From a virus, in IMG/VR virus record IMGVR_UViG_3300010885_020282, positions 10,676 through 74,675 of that record: 64,000 nt of DNA; one strand, given 5' to 3'. Under the pieces are notes generated by a model, which worked only from the letters and a program-made list of their open reading frames with translations, did no database searches and was not told the DNA's origin. Shown piece after piece: positions 18,102-31,000 of this stretch. The first letter of the stretch is position 1; each line of letters opens with the position of its first letter. Made by a program: the position numbers and the translations under genes.

Positions 18102-18476
18102 ATGCCAACATTTATCGGATATAACACCATTAATCAGTACAAAAAATTTACACTAACTGATTTTGAGTTAGTTAAGAGAGACCTGTCCAACGCCCTTAAC
18201 ATACAACAAGGCGAGCTCCCCGGTCGCCCTGGATATGGCACCACTATTTGGAGCTATGTGTTTGAAAGCCAAACCCCAGACACAGTGGCATCAATCCTGG
18301 CAGAGATACAGCGTGTAGCCGGAGGTGACCCAAGAATTTACATTTCAAGTTCAGAAGTATACCCACAAGAAAATGGCATGCTAATAGAAGTACAAGTACA
18401 AATGGTGTCAAGCTCTACTGCTGAACGCTTGAGTATATTTTTCGATCAAGAGAGTCGCCGAGCAAGCTTTATCTAA
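18102..18476 (+). CDS. gp25: baseplate wedge subunit (T4 gp25-like)
   Basis: 124 aa; LTD.ELVKRDL.N......GE..GRP.YG..IW..VFE...DPRI pattern. Confidence 0.85.
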   Translation: MPTFIGYNTINQYKKFTLTDFELVKRDLSNALNIQQGELPGRPGYGTTIWSYVFESQTPDTVASILAEIQRVAGGDPRIYISSSEVYPQENGMLIEVQVQMVSSSTAERLSIFFDQESRRASFI

Positions 18477-18499
18477 AACGGCGCACTTTATTTGAATGG

Positions 18500-18505
18500 T
18501 AAATA
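18500..18505 (+). promoter_or_regulatory. late promoter core TAAATA
   Basis: ggTAAATAct in the intergenic gap 18 bp before ATG 18524. Confidence 0.55.
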
Positions 18506-18523
18506 CTCAAACAGTGAGTAGAC

Positions 18524-21500
18524 ATGGCAAAAACAGCAAGACAAACAGCAATTTTTGGTGTAGAGGATTGGCAAAGACTCTACCAAACCTATCGCGAAGC
18601 CGATTTTCAAAGTTATGACTTTGAAACATTACGCAAGAGTTTCGTAGATTATCTGCGTCTCTACTATCCTGAAACATTTAACGATTACATTGAATCAAGT
18701 GAATTCATTGCCTTGCTTGACGTCATGGCATTTATGGGTCAAGCTCTGGCCTTCCGCAATGATCTTAATTCTCGAGAAAACTTTTTAGACACAGCCGAAA
18801 GACGCGACAGCGTGGTTCGTTTGGCAAATTTAGTTAGCTATACTCCAAAGCGTAACACAGCGGCTCAGGGATTTATTAAAGTAGTGTCTGTATCTACCAC
18901 TGAAAGTGTTCAAGATTACAATGGTATTAATCTTGCCAACTCTACAATTGACTGGGATGATCCTACCAATCCCAGTTGGTTTGAACAATTTACTACTATC
19001 ATTAATGCTGCCTTGGTTGACAGTCAAAAGTTTGGCCGCCCTGGCAACAGCAAAACTATCCTTGGTGTGGGCACAGCTGACTATACTATCAATCTCATAC
19101 CTGGGTTTTTACCTATAGTTCCTTACACTTCTACTGTCGATGGCATCAACATGCCATTTGAGATTGTAAGCTCAACAACACTGGGTCGTGATTATGTTTA
19201 TGAACCTGCTCCACGACCTGGCAGTGCGTTTAACATCATGTATCGTAATGATGGCGAAGGGTTTGGCAGCAACAATACAGGATTTTTCTTTTTGTTCAAG
19301 CAAGGTGTACTGCAAGACCAAGACTTTAACTTGGCTGAAGCAATCCCCAATCAAACTGTAAACATCAACATTGAAGGTTGTAACGAAGAAGATCATTGGT
19401 TGTACAAACTTGATGAGCTAGGCAGTGTTGCTACTCAGTGGCAATATGTAGAAAATATTTTTGCTGGTGCAGTTGAGCAGTTGGCGCCTAATCAACGCAC
19501 ACTATACTCTATTACTAGTAGAGCAAACGATCAAATTACCTTGACATTTGGAGATGGTATATTTTCCAGTGTACCAGTTGGCACATTCCGAACTTATGTT
19601 CGAGCATCTAATGGACTTGATTATGTTATCAATCCTGAAGAAATGCAAAATATCACAGTGCCTATTAGCTATACAAGCCGAAGTGGGCGCATTGAAACAT
19701 TGACTTTTATTTGTAGTGTTACTACTCCAGTTACCAACGCACAAGCACGAGAAAGCATTGCTGAAATCAAGCAACGTGCCCCGGCAAGGTACTACACACA
19801 AAATCGCATGGTCAACGGTGAAGATTATAATAATTTTCCGTTTACCAAGTTTAATTCTATTATCAAATCCAAGGCAGTGGCACGTAGCGTAATTGGCACC
19901 AGCCGATATATTGATCTTACTGATGTAACTGGCAAATACTCAAGCACTAATATTTTTGCAAGCGATGGCGCAATCTATCGCGAAAACGTGTTTCCTAGTT
20001 TTGAATTTGACTGGGTCACTAGCAATGATATCGTAGACGTTATCCTCAATAGTGTAGAACCACTAGTTGGTAGTCGAAGCATGTTGCAATTCTATTACGA
20101 TAACTATCCTCGCCCATCACTTACAGTATTAAACGCTGGGTGGAGCCAGGCCACTAATTTAGTTAACGAAACTACAGGATACTTCTACCAAAACAATGCA
20201 TCATCTCCGTTGCCAATTGGATCATATACTAACAACAATGCTCAGTACGTTACTGTGGGCAGTTTAGTAAAATTTATTAGCCCACCTGGCTACTTCTTTG
20301 ATGCTAACAATCGTCTCAAGGCAGGTACACCAGTACGTGCAGATGAAAAAACAGTAATTTGGGCCACGGTAACTGCTGTAGTACTTGAAGGTACATCCCA
20401 GGGTGTTGGTAATTTACCCAACGGTGTTGGGCCTGTTACCCTTAACAATTTTGTGCCAACCGGAGCATTAGCTGATGTTGTGATACCCAAACTCATCAGT
20501 GACTTGCCACAATCCCTTGAGCAGGCCATGGTTCAGCAAGCTGAACTTTATCGAGATTTTGGTATTGGTTATAATAATCTCACATCAACTTGGTATCTTA
20601 TTACCAGTACTAACTTGGCACAAGATGCGCCGTTTAGCCGTGCCTATGCACAAACTACATCGGGTACAAATCAAGATGCATCTTGGTTGGTACAGTTTAT
20701 CACAAACGGCCAAAACTATGTTGTTACGTCTCGTGGTCTTGATTATAAATTTGGTAGTGTATTACAAACCCGTTTCTTCTACAGCGGAGAAGAAGTAGTT
20801 TACGATAGTAAAACAGGGCAAGTGGTTAACGATTTTATTAAAGTTTTAAAAACAAACGCAAGACCTGACAGCAATCTGCCTTTGCCCAGCGACATATTAA
20901 CCGATATCATTGGGCAACCTATCCAGGGTGACGGGTTTGTTAATGACTATGAAGTTATTGTAAGTTTTGCAGACTCAGATGGCGATGGTCAAGCTGATGA
21001 TCCTGACTTCTTTAGAGTCATTGTTGGGCCAATACCAACAACCCCTAGTGCATCATCACCATATGTGTTTTTCAAACAAGAAACCGACTTTGATAATTTA
21101 GAGCGTTATCTATTGGTGGAGCCAGGTACAGTTAATGCAACTCTAGCTACATTAGATGATATTGAATTAGTAAAATCAGAATACATTGATGGACAAGTTT
21201 TTTATGCATACCAGTCTGGCTATTTCTATGAATTGGTGGTCACAGTAGTCAACGGCACTGTGTTGCGCAACTTAGTAATACGTACAGATTACCAAGTCAA
21301 AGTTGGACGTGGCTCACTGGGATTCCAATATCGACACAATAGTGCTCTTACAAATGTAATTGATCCTGGAGCAACGAATATCATTGACTTGTATCTAGTG
21401 ACCAACAGTTACTATACTGCGTATCAAGATTACATTAAAGACACAACTGGTACTGTGGCCGAGCCAGCCCCTCCGACTATATCAGAACTCAGCACCGCAT

Positions 21501-22033
21501 ACTCTCAACTTAACGATTATAAAATGGTTAGTGATAACATTGTCATGAACTCAGTTGTGTTTAAACCACTGTTTGGCGCCAAGGCTCCATCAGCACTGCA
21601 AGCCACAATCAAGGTTGTGCGAGCACCGAACACAGTAGCATCAGACAGCGAGATCAAAAGCCAAATGATAGCTAAAATTAATGATTATTTTACAATTGAT
21701 AAGTGGGACTTTGGTACTAACTTTTTCTTCTCTGAGTTGGCAGCTTACTTGCACCAACAACTGGGATCTATTGTGAGTTCTGTGGTACTTGTTCCATTGA
21801 ACCCGCTAAAATCTTTTGGCGACTTATACGAAATACGGTCAGCGCCAAATGAAATATTTGTTAGTGCCGCTACAGTAGCAGATATTGAAGTTATAGATGC
21901 GCTGACACAAAGTAATATTCGCAGTCAAACATCTGTGTCAGGGCTTTACCCTGTTACAAGTATTGGAGCCACTGGTTCCACTATCGGACAAACCGGTATT
22001 GCACCTTTGACTACAAGCGGGAGTAGCACTTAA
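18524..22033 (+). CDS. gp6: baseplate wedge subunit (T4 gp6-like, extended)
   Basis: DF..YDFETLR...YL...F.DY.ESS....LLD..A...L...ENFL.TA.RR.SV..LA....Y.P; FGDG; ES...IK.RAP..Y..QNRMV..EDY. Confidence 0.85.
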   Translation: MAKTARQTAIFGVEDWQRLYQTYREADFQSYDFETLRKSFVDYLRLYYPETFNDYIESSEFIALLDVMAFMGQALAFRNDLNSRENFLDTAERRDSVVRLANLVSYTPKRNTAAQGFIKVVSVSTTESVQDYNGINLANSTIDWDDPTNPSWFEQFTTIINAALVDSQKFGRPGNSKTILGVGTADYTINLIPGFLPIVPYTSTVDGINMPFEIVSSTTLGRDYVYEPAPRPGSAFNIMYRNDGEGFGSNNTGFFFLFKQGVLQDQDFNLAEAIPNQTVNINIEGCNEEDHWLYKLDELGSVATQWQYVENIFAGAVEQLAPNQRTLYSITSRANDQITLTFGDGIFSSVPVGTFRTYVRASNGLDYVINPEEMQNITVPISYTSRSGRIETLTFICSVTTPVTNAQARESIAEIKQRAPARYYTQNRMVNGEDYNNFPFTKFNSIIKSKAVARSVIGTSRYIDLTDVTGKYSSTNIFASDGAIYRENVFPSFEFDWVTSNDIVDVILNSVEPLVGSRSMLQFYYDNYPRPSLTVLNAGWSQATNLVNETTGYFYQNNASSPLPIGSYTNNNAQYVTVGSLVKFISPPGYFFDANNRLKAGTPVRADEKTVIWATVTAVVLEGTSQGVGNLPNGVGPVTLNNFVPTGALADVVIPKLISDLPQSLEQAMVQQAELYRDFGIGYNNLTSTWYLITSTNLAQDAPFSRAYAQTTSGTNQDASWLVQFITNGQNYVVTSRGLDYKFGSVLQTRFFYSGEEVVYDSKTGQVVNDFIKVLKTNARPDSNLPLPSDILTDIIGQPIQGDGFVNDYEVIVSFADSDGDGQADDPDFFRVIVGPIPTTPSASSPYVFFKQETDFDNLERYLLVEPGTVNATLATLDDIELVKSEYIDGQVFYAYQSGYFYELVVTVVNGTVLRNLVIRTDYQVKVGRGSLGFQYRHNSALTNVIDPGATNIIDLYLVTNSYYTAYQDYIKDTTGTVAEPAPPTISELSTAYSQLNDYKMVSDNIVMNSVVFKPLFGAKAPSALQATIKVVRAPNTVASDSEIKSQMIAKINDYFTIDKWDFGTNFFFSELAAYLHQQLGSIVSSVVLVPLNPLKSFGDLYEIRSAPNEIFVSAATVADIEVIDALTQSNIRSQTSVSGLYPVTSIGATGSTIGQTGIAPLTTSGSST

Positions 22034-25000
22034 TGGCATTGAATAGAACCGTAAATTTATTACCTGAAATTTTTCGTACTGATACTAATCGCAAATTTTT
22101 AGCGGCAACATTAGATCAACTTACTCAGGAACCCAATCTTAAAAAGACACAAGGTTATGTGGGCCGCAGGGTCGGACCAGGCGTTAACCCAGCTGATAAT
22201 TATGTAGTAGAGTCAACTGCTGTACGAACCGACTATCAACTTGAGCCGGGTGTGGTATTTTTAAAACCCAACACAGGCACAGCCGAAGATGCAATCACGT
22301 ATCCTGGCATGATTGATTCTTTGGCATTGCAAAACGCCAAGACAAACAAACAAGATCGATTGTGGGAAAGCGAATATTATTCCTGGGACCCATTTTGCGA
22401 TCTAGATAAGTTTACCAACTATAGCCAGTACTATTGGTTGCCTGGCGGCCCTGACTCAGTCAATGTATCTTCAACAGACATTCCGTTGACTGATGATTTT
22501 GTAGTCACTCGCAACGTACTTGATTACACTTTTTCTGGCGTACCGGGCAAGAACCCCATAGTATATTTGGCACGTGGCGGTACTTATAATTTTACTACCA
22601 ACCAAGCCGGCTATGCATTTTGGATACAGTCAGCTCCGGGTATTACCGGCACACTGCCACCTACTCCCAACATCAGCAGTAGAGCTGTATTGGGTGTGGT
22701 TAACAATGGTTCAGAGACTGGAGTCACTACATTTTATGTGCCCGCAAAAACTGCACAAGATTTTTATTATACGTTACCTACTCTAACATCAGTTGACTTA
22801 GTTTCTGATCTTCAATTCAGTCAAATCAACAACATTCGATTGTCTGCATTTTTAGAACAATACCCCACTGGCATTGACGGAGAGTCTCAGCTTGATGGCA
22901 AGACTTTGATTTTTAGTAATACTATTCAAGATGCAGCTCAGGGTGGCTGGCAAATTATCACTGATAGCAGTGTCACCAACATTACCTCACAAAGCCAACG
23001 CTATAGCGTGTGGACAGTTAGATATGTGTATGATAGCGGACTTGATCCCTTGATTACTTTGTCTAGTACTGCCACGGTACCAAACCTCACTAAGTTTAGC
23101 ATACTATACGGAGCCACATATAGTGTTACTCAGTGGTATAAAGATTCATCAGGTTATTTTGAGCAAGTTCCTTTGCTAAGTGCTGTTCAAGATGTGCTGT
23201 ATTACCAAGACGGTTCTAATCCAGAGATTCGCGGAGAAATTCGATTAATTGATTTTCAAAATGTAGAACCAATTGACATTAATGACATAGTCGGTGCAAA
23301 AAATTACACATCTCCAAACGGGGTCGTGTTCACTAACGGACTCAAGGTTCAATTCCGTGGGCCGACTGTGCCAGCCCAATTTGAAAATCTTGAATACTAT
23401 GTTGAAGGTGTAGGCACAGGCCCCGGCGGACAGTACCGTGTAGGATTTATTGACGGTGAAGCATACTTTGGGATGTACCATTTGGTTAACAATCAAAAGG
23501 TAACTGGGACAGCATCTGACACTACATTCCAACAATACATTTACGATACAGTTGAGGAAAGCCTTGCCAACATAGGCGCCGGAACACCCTTGGGAGCACC
23601 ACTTCCACAAGTATCAGTGCCTGGAGCAGATCTCGGCAACGGCATTAGACTAGTACCAGTGGACAGTCTTGTTACACCTGAGACGTACACCAAAAATGAA
23701 TTAATACCATATGACAGTTTGGCATATGATGTGGGCCCGTATGACGATAGTTTAAATTCTCCATTGATACAAGATTATATCACTCAAAATCGTTCTAGCA
23801 GTGATAGAAACGCCTGGAGTCGTAGTAATCGCTGGTTCCATATTGATGTTATTAATTACACGTCTGAGCTTAACAACATTACTCCGGTAATAAACAATGC
23901 TCAGCGAGCAAGTCGACCTATTATTGAATTTCGTGCCAATCTAAGACTTTGGAACATGGGCACATTGGCCAAAGACCCTGTTAATATTATTGACTTTACT
24001 GAAACAGATGCCCTTAGTAATATCAATGGTCAAACTGGGTATGGCATTGATGGATATACATTTTTAAGCGGCACTCGAGTTATTTTTGCTGCCGACCTAG
24101 ATGCCCAGGTTAGAAATCGCATATATGAAGTAACATTCATTGATCCTGACAACAGCGGCAAGTTGATAATTGATCTTGTACCGGCGTATGATAGTGATTT
24201 ACAATTGTCACAAACAGTGGTATGTCTAAACGGGGCAACTTTGCAAGGTATATCATTTTGGTTTGATGGTGTAACATGGCAACGAGCGCAAGAAAAAACC
24301 AATGTCAACCAACCGCCTTTGTTTGATGTGTACGACATTCAAGGACGAAGTTTTGGTGATAGAACAGCCTACCCAAGTAGTTCATTTGAAGGTTGTCGAT
24401 TGTTTGGTTATGCAGAGGGCATGACCTCAACAGTCGACGCGGTGTTGGGGCTGTCGTTGAAATATCTCAACATCAACAACGTAGGTGATATTGTATTCCA
24501 AAATTATTTGTACTCAGATAATTTTATCTATGTTACTAATAATATCAGTACCGAGGTTCCAGTAAGCACAGGGTTTGTACGACAATACATTGATCGAGTT
24601 ACATTTAGCAACCAAATTGGTTGGCAAACTGCCGCCGCAACCAGCCGCAGCCGTCAAGTGTTTAGATTTGTTGCCAATGGTTCTCCGTTGGTGCTTGACG
24701 TGCCAGTTGACCAAGCACAATTACTTCCTGCAGTACAAGTCTTTATTGGCAGTTCATTTATTGACCCAGGACAATACTCTGTTGTAGTGTTGGGCAACAA
24801 CACAACAATCACATTTAGTACACAGCCTGTTGTGGGATCAATAATTGAAGTTTTGGCCACATCAAACCAAGCAAGCTCAGTTGCATTTTACGAAATTCCT
24901 ATTAATCTTGAAAACAATGCACAAAATGGAAACAGTACTAGTTTTACACTTGGTACAATTCGTACACACTATGAAACAATTGCACAGAACTTAAAACTTT

Positions 25001-28000
25001 TAACTGGTCCTATCAACGGGGCTAATAACTCTCGTGACCTTGGAGATATAATTCCATACGGCACAAATATTATTCAAAATTCATCTCCATTGTTGTTGGC
25101 TGGTGTATTTTTGCGTAGACAACAATATGAGTTGTTTAACTCTTTGAACTTTAACAGTCAAGAATATACCAAATACAAAGCATTGCTCTTGGACTTGGCA
25201 GCACGGGGTAATTTTATTAACTCGACACCTACACAAGTACTAGACACTATCACCCAGGAAATAGCACTCACACGTAACGAATCATTCCCATTCTTCTGGA
25301 CTGATATGTTGCCCGCAGGCGAAACCTACACAGATCTAAGTTATACAGTTACTCCAATTACAACAGGAACATTTGATACCACCGCAGTTTATGATCTAAC
25401 ATCATCAAACTATCAAGCAGTACTGGTATACTTAAACGGAAATATTTTAACTCTAAATCGCGACTACACAGTGCCAGTTGACACAGCAACAGTGTTTGTG
25501 TCAGTTCCGTTAGCAGTAGGCGATGTAGTTACTATTCGTGAATATGCTACCACTTACGGAAGTTTTGTTCCTAATACTCCCACCAAAATGGGATTGTACC
25601 CAGCTTGGCAACCCAAGATGTATCTTGACGAAACATACCTTACTCCCACAATGGTTATTCAAGGCCACGATGGTAGTATCACAGTTGCATTTGATGATGT
25701 TCGAGATGCGGTGTTGTTAGAGTTTGAAACTCGAATATACAACAATCTCAAAATACACAGTCGTATACCTCTTACTGTAGCTGATGTTGTACCTGGCCAG
25801 TTCCGTGACACAAACTATACGCTGACAGAAATCAACAATATTTTAACCCCGGACTTTTTGAGCTGGATTGGGTGGAACAAACTTGATTATGTGGCACAAG
25901 ACTATGTGGCGGGTAACCCTTTTACATACAACTACAGTCAAAGCGGCAATAAATTAAACCAGCAACCACTACTGGGCGCCTGGCGCGGTATCTATAACTA
26001 TTTTTATGATACCATGACACCAAACACAACCCCTTGGGAAATGTTGGGGTTCACTGAAGAGCCGGACTGGTGGCAAGACTATTATGGTCCAGCACCATAT
26101 ACATCTGGTAACTTGGTGTTGTGGCAAGACCTTGAAGCAGGGTTTATTGCAGATCCAAACAATCCACGATTTGCTCCCGAGTATGCAAGACCAGGATTGA
26201 CACAGGTAATTCCTAGTGGGTCACAAGGAGAACTATTACCGCCTACTGAATCAGTTGTGGGCAACTATGATACCACAAGCTTCCGACGTAGTTGGGTGTT
26301 TGGTGACGACGGCCCTGTTGAAAGTACCTGGAAGACTAGCAGTGCTTGGCCATTCTCTGTGATGCGGTTATTGGCATTGACCAAACCTGCAGAATTTTTC
26401 AGCTTGTTTGTTGATCGAGATCGTTATGTGTATGATACAACACTAAATCAATATTTGTGGGATCAACGCTATCGTTTAACTCCAGAAAACATTGCCCCTC
26501 TTAACGGGTCAAAAGTAAGTCGTGCCAGTTACATGAACTGGATCATTGATTATAATAGACAGCGTGGTGTTGACAGTTCTGTTGATCTTGCGGTGCAACT
26601 AAATGCGCTGGATGTAAGGCTGTGTTGGCGCATGTCGGCATTCTCAGACAAGCGATACCTTAAAATTTACACTGAACGCAGTACATTGGGCGGCACCAAC
26701 GCTAGCTTGTTGTTGCCAGACGAAAGTTATCAATTACTGTTATATCAAAATCCTCCATTTAACAAGATAACTTACAGTTCAGTTGTCGTGCAAGTAGTCG
26801 ACGGAGGCTGGGCGGTGTACGGGTATAATAATTCAGCCGCCTACTTTGAAATTTTAGCATCAAAACCCAATGGTCTTTCTGTTACAATTAGTGCAGGCGG
26901 AAGTGCTGAACGTGTTCCTGTAGAATACACCAACACAATAGTACAGGTACCTTATGGGTATGTGTTTACAAACCGATCTGCTGTGTGCGACTTTTTGTAC
27001 AGCTATGGCGAATTATTAACCCAACGCGGCCTAGAGTTTGAAGGAATAGAAAACGGCTACATAATGAACTGGCAACAAATGGCCCAGGAATTTTTGTACT
27101 GGAGTAATCAAGGATGGCAAACTGGAACTAGTATCATCAACCTCAATCCAGGCGCCACAAGCATTAGTGTAACTCAACCAGGTGCTGTTGTGGAAAGTAT
27201 TTTCCCACCACGACTGGATAGTGTTGTTCTCAATCAAAATCGAACTGCAATACCTCCAGCTGAGTTGGTGATTGATCGCTTGGAAAATACATTTAAAATT
27301 ACCAGTGTCAACTCTAATACCATAAACTTTTTAAATTTACGATTTACTGCATATGAACACTTGATGGTACTGGACAATCGTAGTATTTTTGCTGATTTAC
27401 TTTATGATCCAATAACTGGTGCCCGCCAAAGTCGAGTGTTGGTAGCAGGATGGCTAAGTGGCGATTGGAACGGCACAGTTAATGCCCCGGGCTTTGTGCT
27501 CAATCAAGACAACATTCGAGAATGGGTACCAAACCGCAAGTACTCCAAGGGCGAGATCGTATTGTTTAAAGACCAGTATTGGTCTGCCAATAGCATTGTA
27601 CAGCCATCTGCTACATTTGATTTCAATGCATGGATCAAGAGCGATTACAATGAAATACAACAAGGGTTATTGCCCAATGCCGCTAATGTCAGCGACCAAC
27701 TGGCACAATCATACAGCGTATACGACGCTAATCTCGAAACCGAGATTGATTTATTCAGTTACGGATTGATTGGATTCCGGCCGCGCCAGTACATGCAGGC
27801 TCTAAATCTTGATGATGTAAGTCAAGTACAGTTGTACCAGCAATTCCTTGGCAGCAAAGGCACACGCCCAAGTTTAGAAATATTTTCATATGCAGACCTT
27901 GGCAAGGAAACAGCACAGTATAACATCTATGAATACTGGGCAATACTTCGTAGCACCTACGGAGCAAATGCCAACAGAAGTTATTTTGACTTGTTATTAA

Positions 28001-31000
28001 ATGCTTCTAAATTAATTAGTGATCCAGCACTGGTGCAAATTATCAATCCAGGCACCACAAGTCAAGCAGATCAGACAGTATTTGTTCAAGATATATTAAA
28101 GAGCAATTACAAGATTACATCTCCTAACATACTGCCTACTACTCTAGTAGTTCCAGATAATGCTCTGCCTACTGCAGGATATGTAGACTTGGAAGACGTA
28201 GACATTACAGTATTTGATTTAAGCAACAATGCTACATTAAATTCTCAATTAGACAATATTGGTGTGGCTACTACTATCTGGGTAGCTCGTGTTAACACAT
28301 ACGATTGGGCAATATATCGTAGCGAAAAGGTGCCAGGTGCCATTGTATCAGTTGAAGACAATCTCAACAACAATAGCATAGTTACTTTTAATCAAGCTCA
28401 CGGCTTGACTGCTGGAGACACTGTAATCATTAAGTATTTTTCTGATGCCATCAATGGTGCTTATCAAGTATTAAGTGTTCCTTCTATCTACACTATAATT
28501 GTTGACTATGCATTTACCGGATTTCAAACCACTGAAGTTGGTAACGGTTTTGCATTTACACTTCAGCCATGTCGAGTACATCAACCATCGGACATAAAAT
28601 TACTGCCATATGCAAATGAATTGCTTCCTGGATCACGTGCCTGGGTTGATGACAATTCGTTTGGTCGTTGGACAGTTTTAGAAAAAACTGATCCATTTGT
28701 TCAAGCTGAAACTTTAACTCCGTTCACACCAGTCACTGGCAGTCGCTATGGTTCAAGCATTGCGCAAGGACTGTTAAACGTAAGTGCACTAGTCGGGGCA
28801 CCGGGATACAATCCTGCTAATCAAGCAATTGTACCGGGTGCGGTGTATGTATATGTTAAAACAGACCAAGATGTATATGATCAAAATACTGTTTTGACAT
28901 TGAATGCAACAAACGCATCCGGGTATGGCAACTCAATGGACATTGGTAACAAGAGCTGGGCCATAGTAGGAGCAAGTGATAGTAACTACGGACAAGGATA
29001 TGCCGCAACAATATATGTTGCACCGGGCACCAGTGTGTTTGAACAGCGACAGTTGCTAATATCGCCCACACGAAAATTTGACGGTGGCGAATTTGGATAC
29101 TCGGTGACCATGAGTCTTGACGAGCACTGGATATACGTTAGTTCTCCAGGGCATAATGAAGTGCATGCCTATGCTCGCACAGAAGTACAACAACAATTTG
29201 TTGACTACATCACAGACGGCGTAACTGCAACGTACAATTGGAGTGATAGCATCCTTATTGATTACACCAAGCCAGGACAATTGTCTGTTAGATTAGAAGA
29301 CCGCTTGTTATCGTACCCAGGTGATTATCTAGTTAATTCAACTAATATTGTGTTAAATTCTGCTCCAGTTGCAGGACAACAATTATCCATCAATAGAAAT
29401 TTCGTAGTACAACTAGATCAAAAATTCATGACTGGAGTTGTGGCAACTGGCGGCAGTGGCAGTGGCGCAACATTTACAGTAAACAACGTTCGTGGAGTTT
29501 ATACAGTAAATCTTGACAATGGCGGAACAGGGTATACTGCAGGCAACACATTAACAATACTAGGTACTGATGTCGAGACTCAGGACTCACCTGCCAGCAA
29601 TCCTGCAAATAATATAACAATCACAGTTGACACAGTTGACGGCAGTGGAACAATTCTTAGTATTGTTGATCCAGTAAACGGCCAAGGCGTTAGGACTCAA
29701 GACCATTTTGACTTAACTGATTATCTTGCCACAGCAGTTGACATTTACTCGTTTACAGTAACAGTTAACGACGTGCTAATGCGCCCAGAGATAGATTATG
29801 ATTTCAATAGTGACAGTAGTTTTATTGATCCAATGATCCTGGTGTTTACCACACCTCCGCCACCTGGCGCAAGAATTATAGTCAATAGCTCAACTTATTT
29901 CAGTTATGTGGCCACACTGCCCACAGACGGACTAGGGTTGACCGTTGGTGATCGATTTGGACACTCTATCAGCTGTAACTCAACTGGTAGTCATGTCACG
30001 GTCGGAACCCCCAATATCAACAATGATTCTGGACGTGCATTTGTGTTTGATCGCAATATCCAGCAATTTATAGTAAGTGATGCTACACAAACTGAATACT
30101 ATACTGAACAAAGTCTCGAGACCCCGGGGTCAGTCATGGTGTCGTTAAACGGCACATACTTGTTGCCCACCGCACTTAATTTCAATAGTGGATTTGAGGT
30201 TGATGTTAGCAATCCATCTAACCAATTTGTTAATATAACTGCCACATTGAATGTGGGGGATGTGATTGAAGTATCAACTAATCAATTTACACTGTTAGAA
30301 GTTGTTGACTCAGTTGATGCATCTAGCGAAGCTCAATTTGGATACAAAGTTGATCAGTGCATAAACGATTGTAGTTGGTATGTGTCAGCCCCGTTTGATT
30401 CGTCTATTTTGACAGGCGCTGGCCGAGTTGAGTTCTGGCAGAATCAGAGCCGTGTGTATGGTACTACAACTTCCACAGTTGCAAACCCAACATTGACAAC
30501 AGGCGATTTTATTCGTATTGACAACATGTTTGTGGCTATAGATGGTACCACAGTGGCTGATTTTGTAGATAGTGTCAATTCAGCTAATATTCCCAATGTT
30601 GTTGCTTCCTTGACTTCTAATTTGACGCTAGAAGCCGATGGAACATCCAAAGTATATGACATTGGTAACATTTATGCAGCCGCAGGCACCATAGACGAAA
30701 CTATCGTATATGTTGATAATGTGTTACAGACGTACAACACTGATTATGTGTACAACAATACCACACAGCAAATTACATTTACTAATGCACCATTTAATAC
30801 TGCTGAAATTTTGATTGTGTCTGGCCGCATGACAATTAGTGTTAAAAATTATGATGCTAGTACACCAGGTAACAGACTGCAAGTGTTGCCCGGAACTGGC
30901 ACATTGTTTGACGATGTGGGATTCAACACTTACATACACGAACAAACCATTGTCAGCCCAGTGCCGCAAGTCGAAGCACACTTTGGCCAAGGATTGTTTA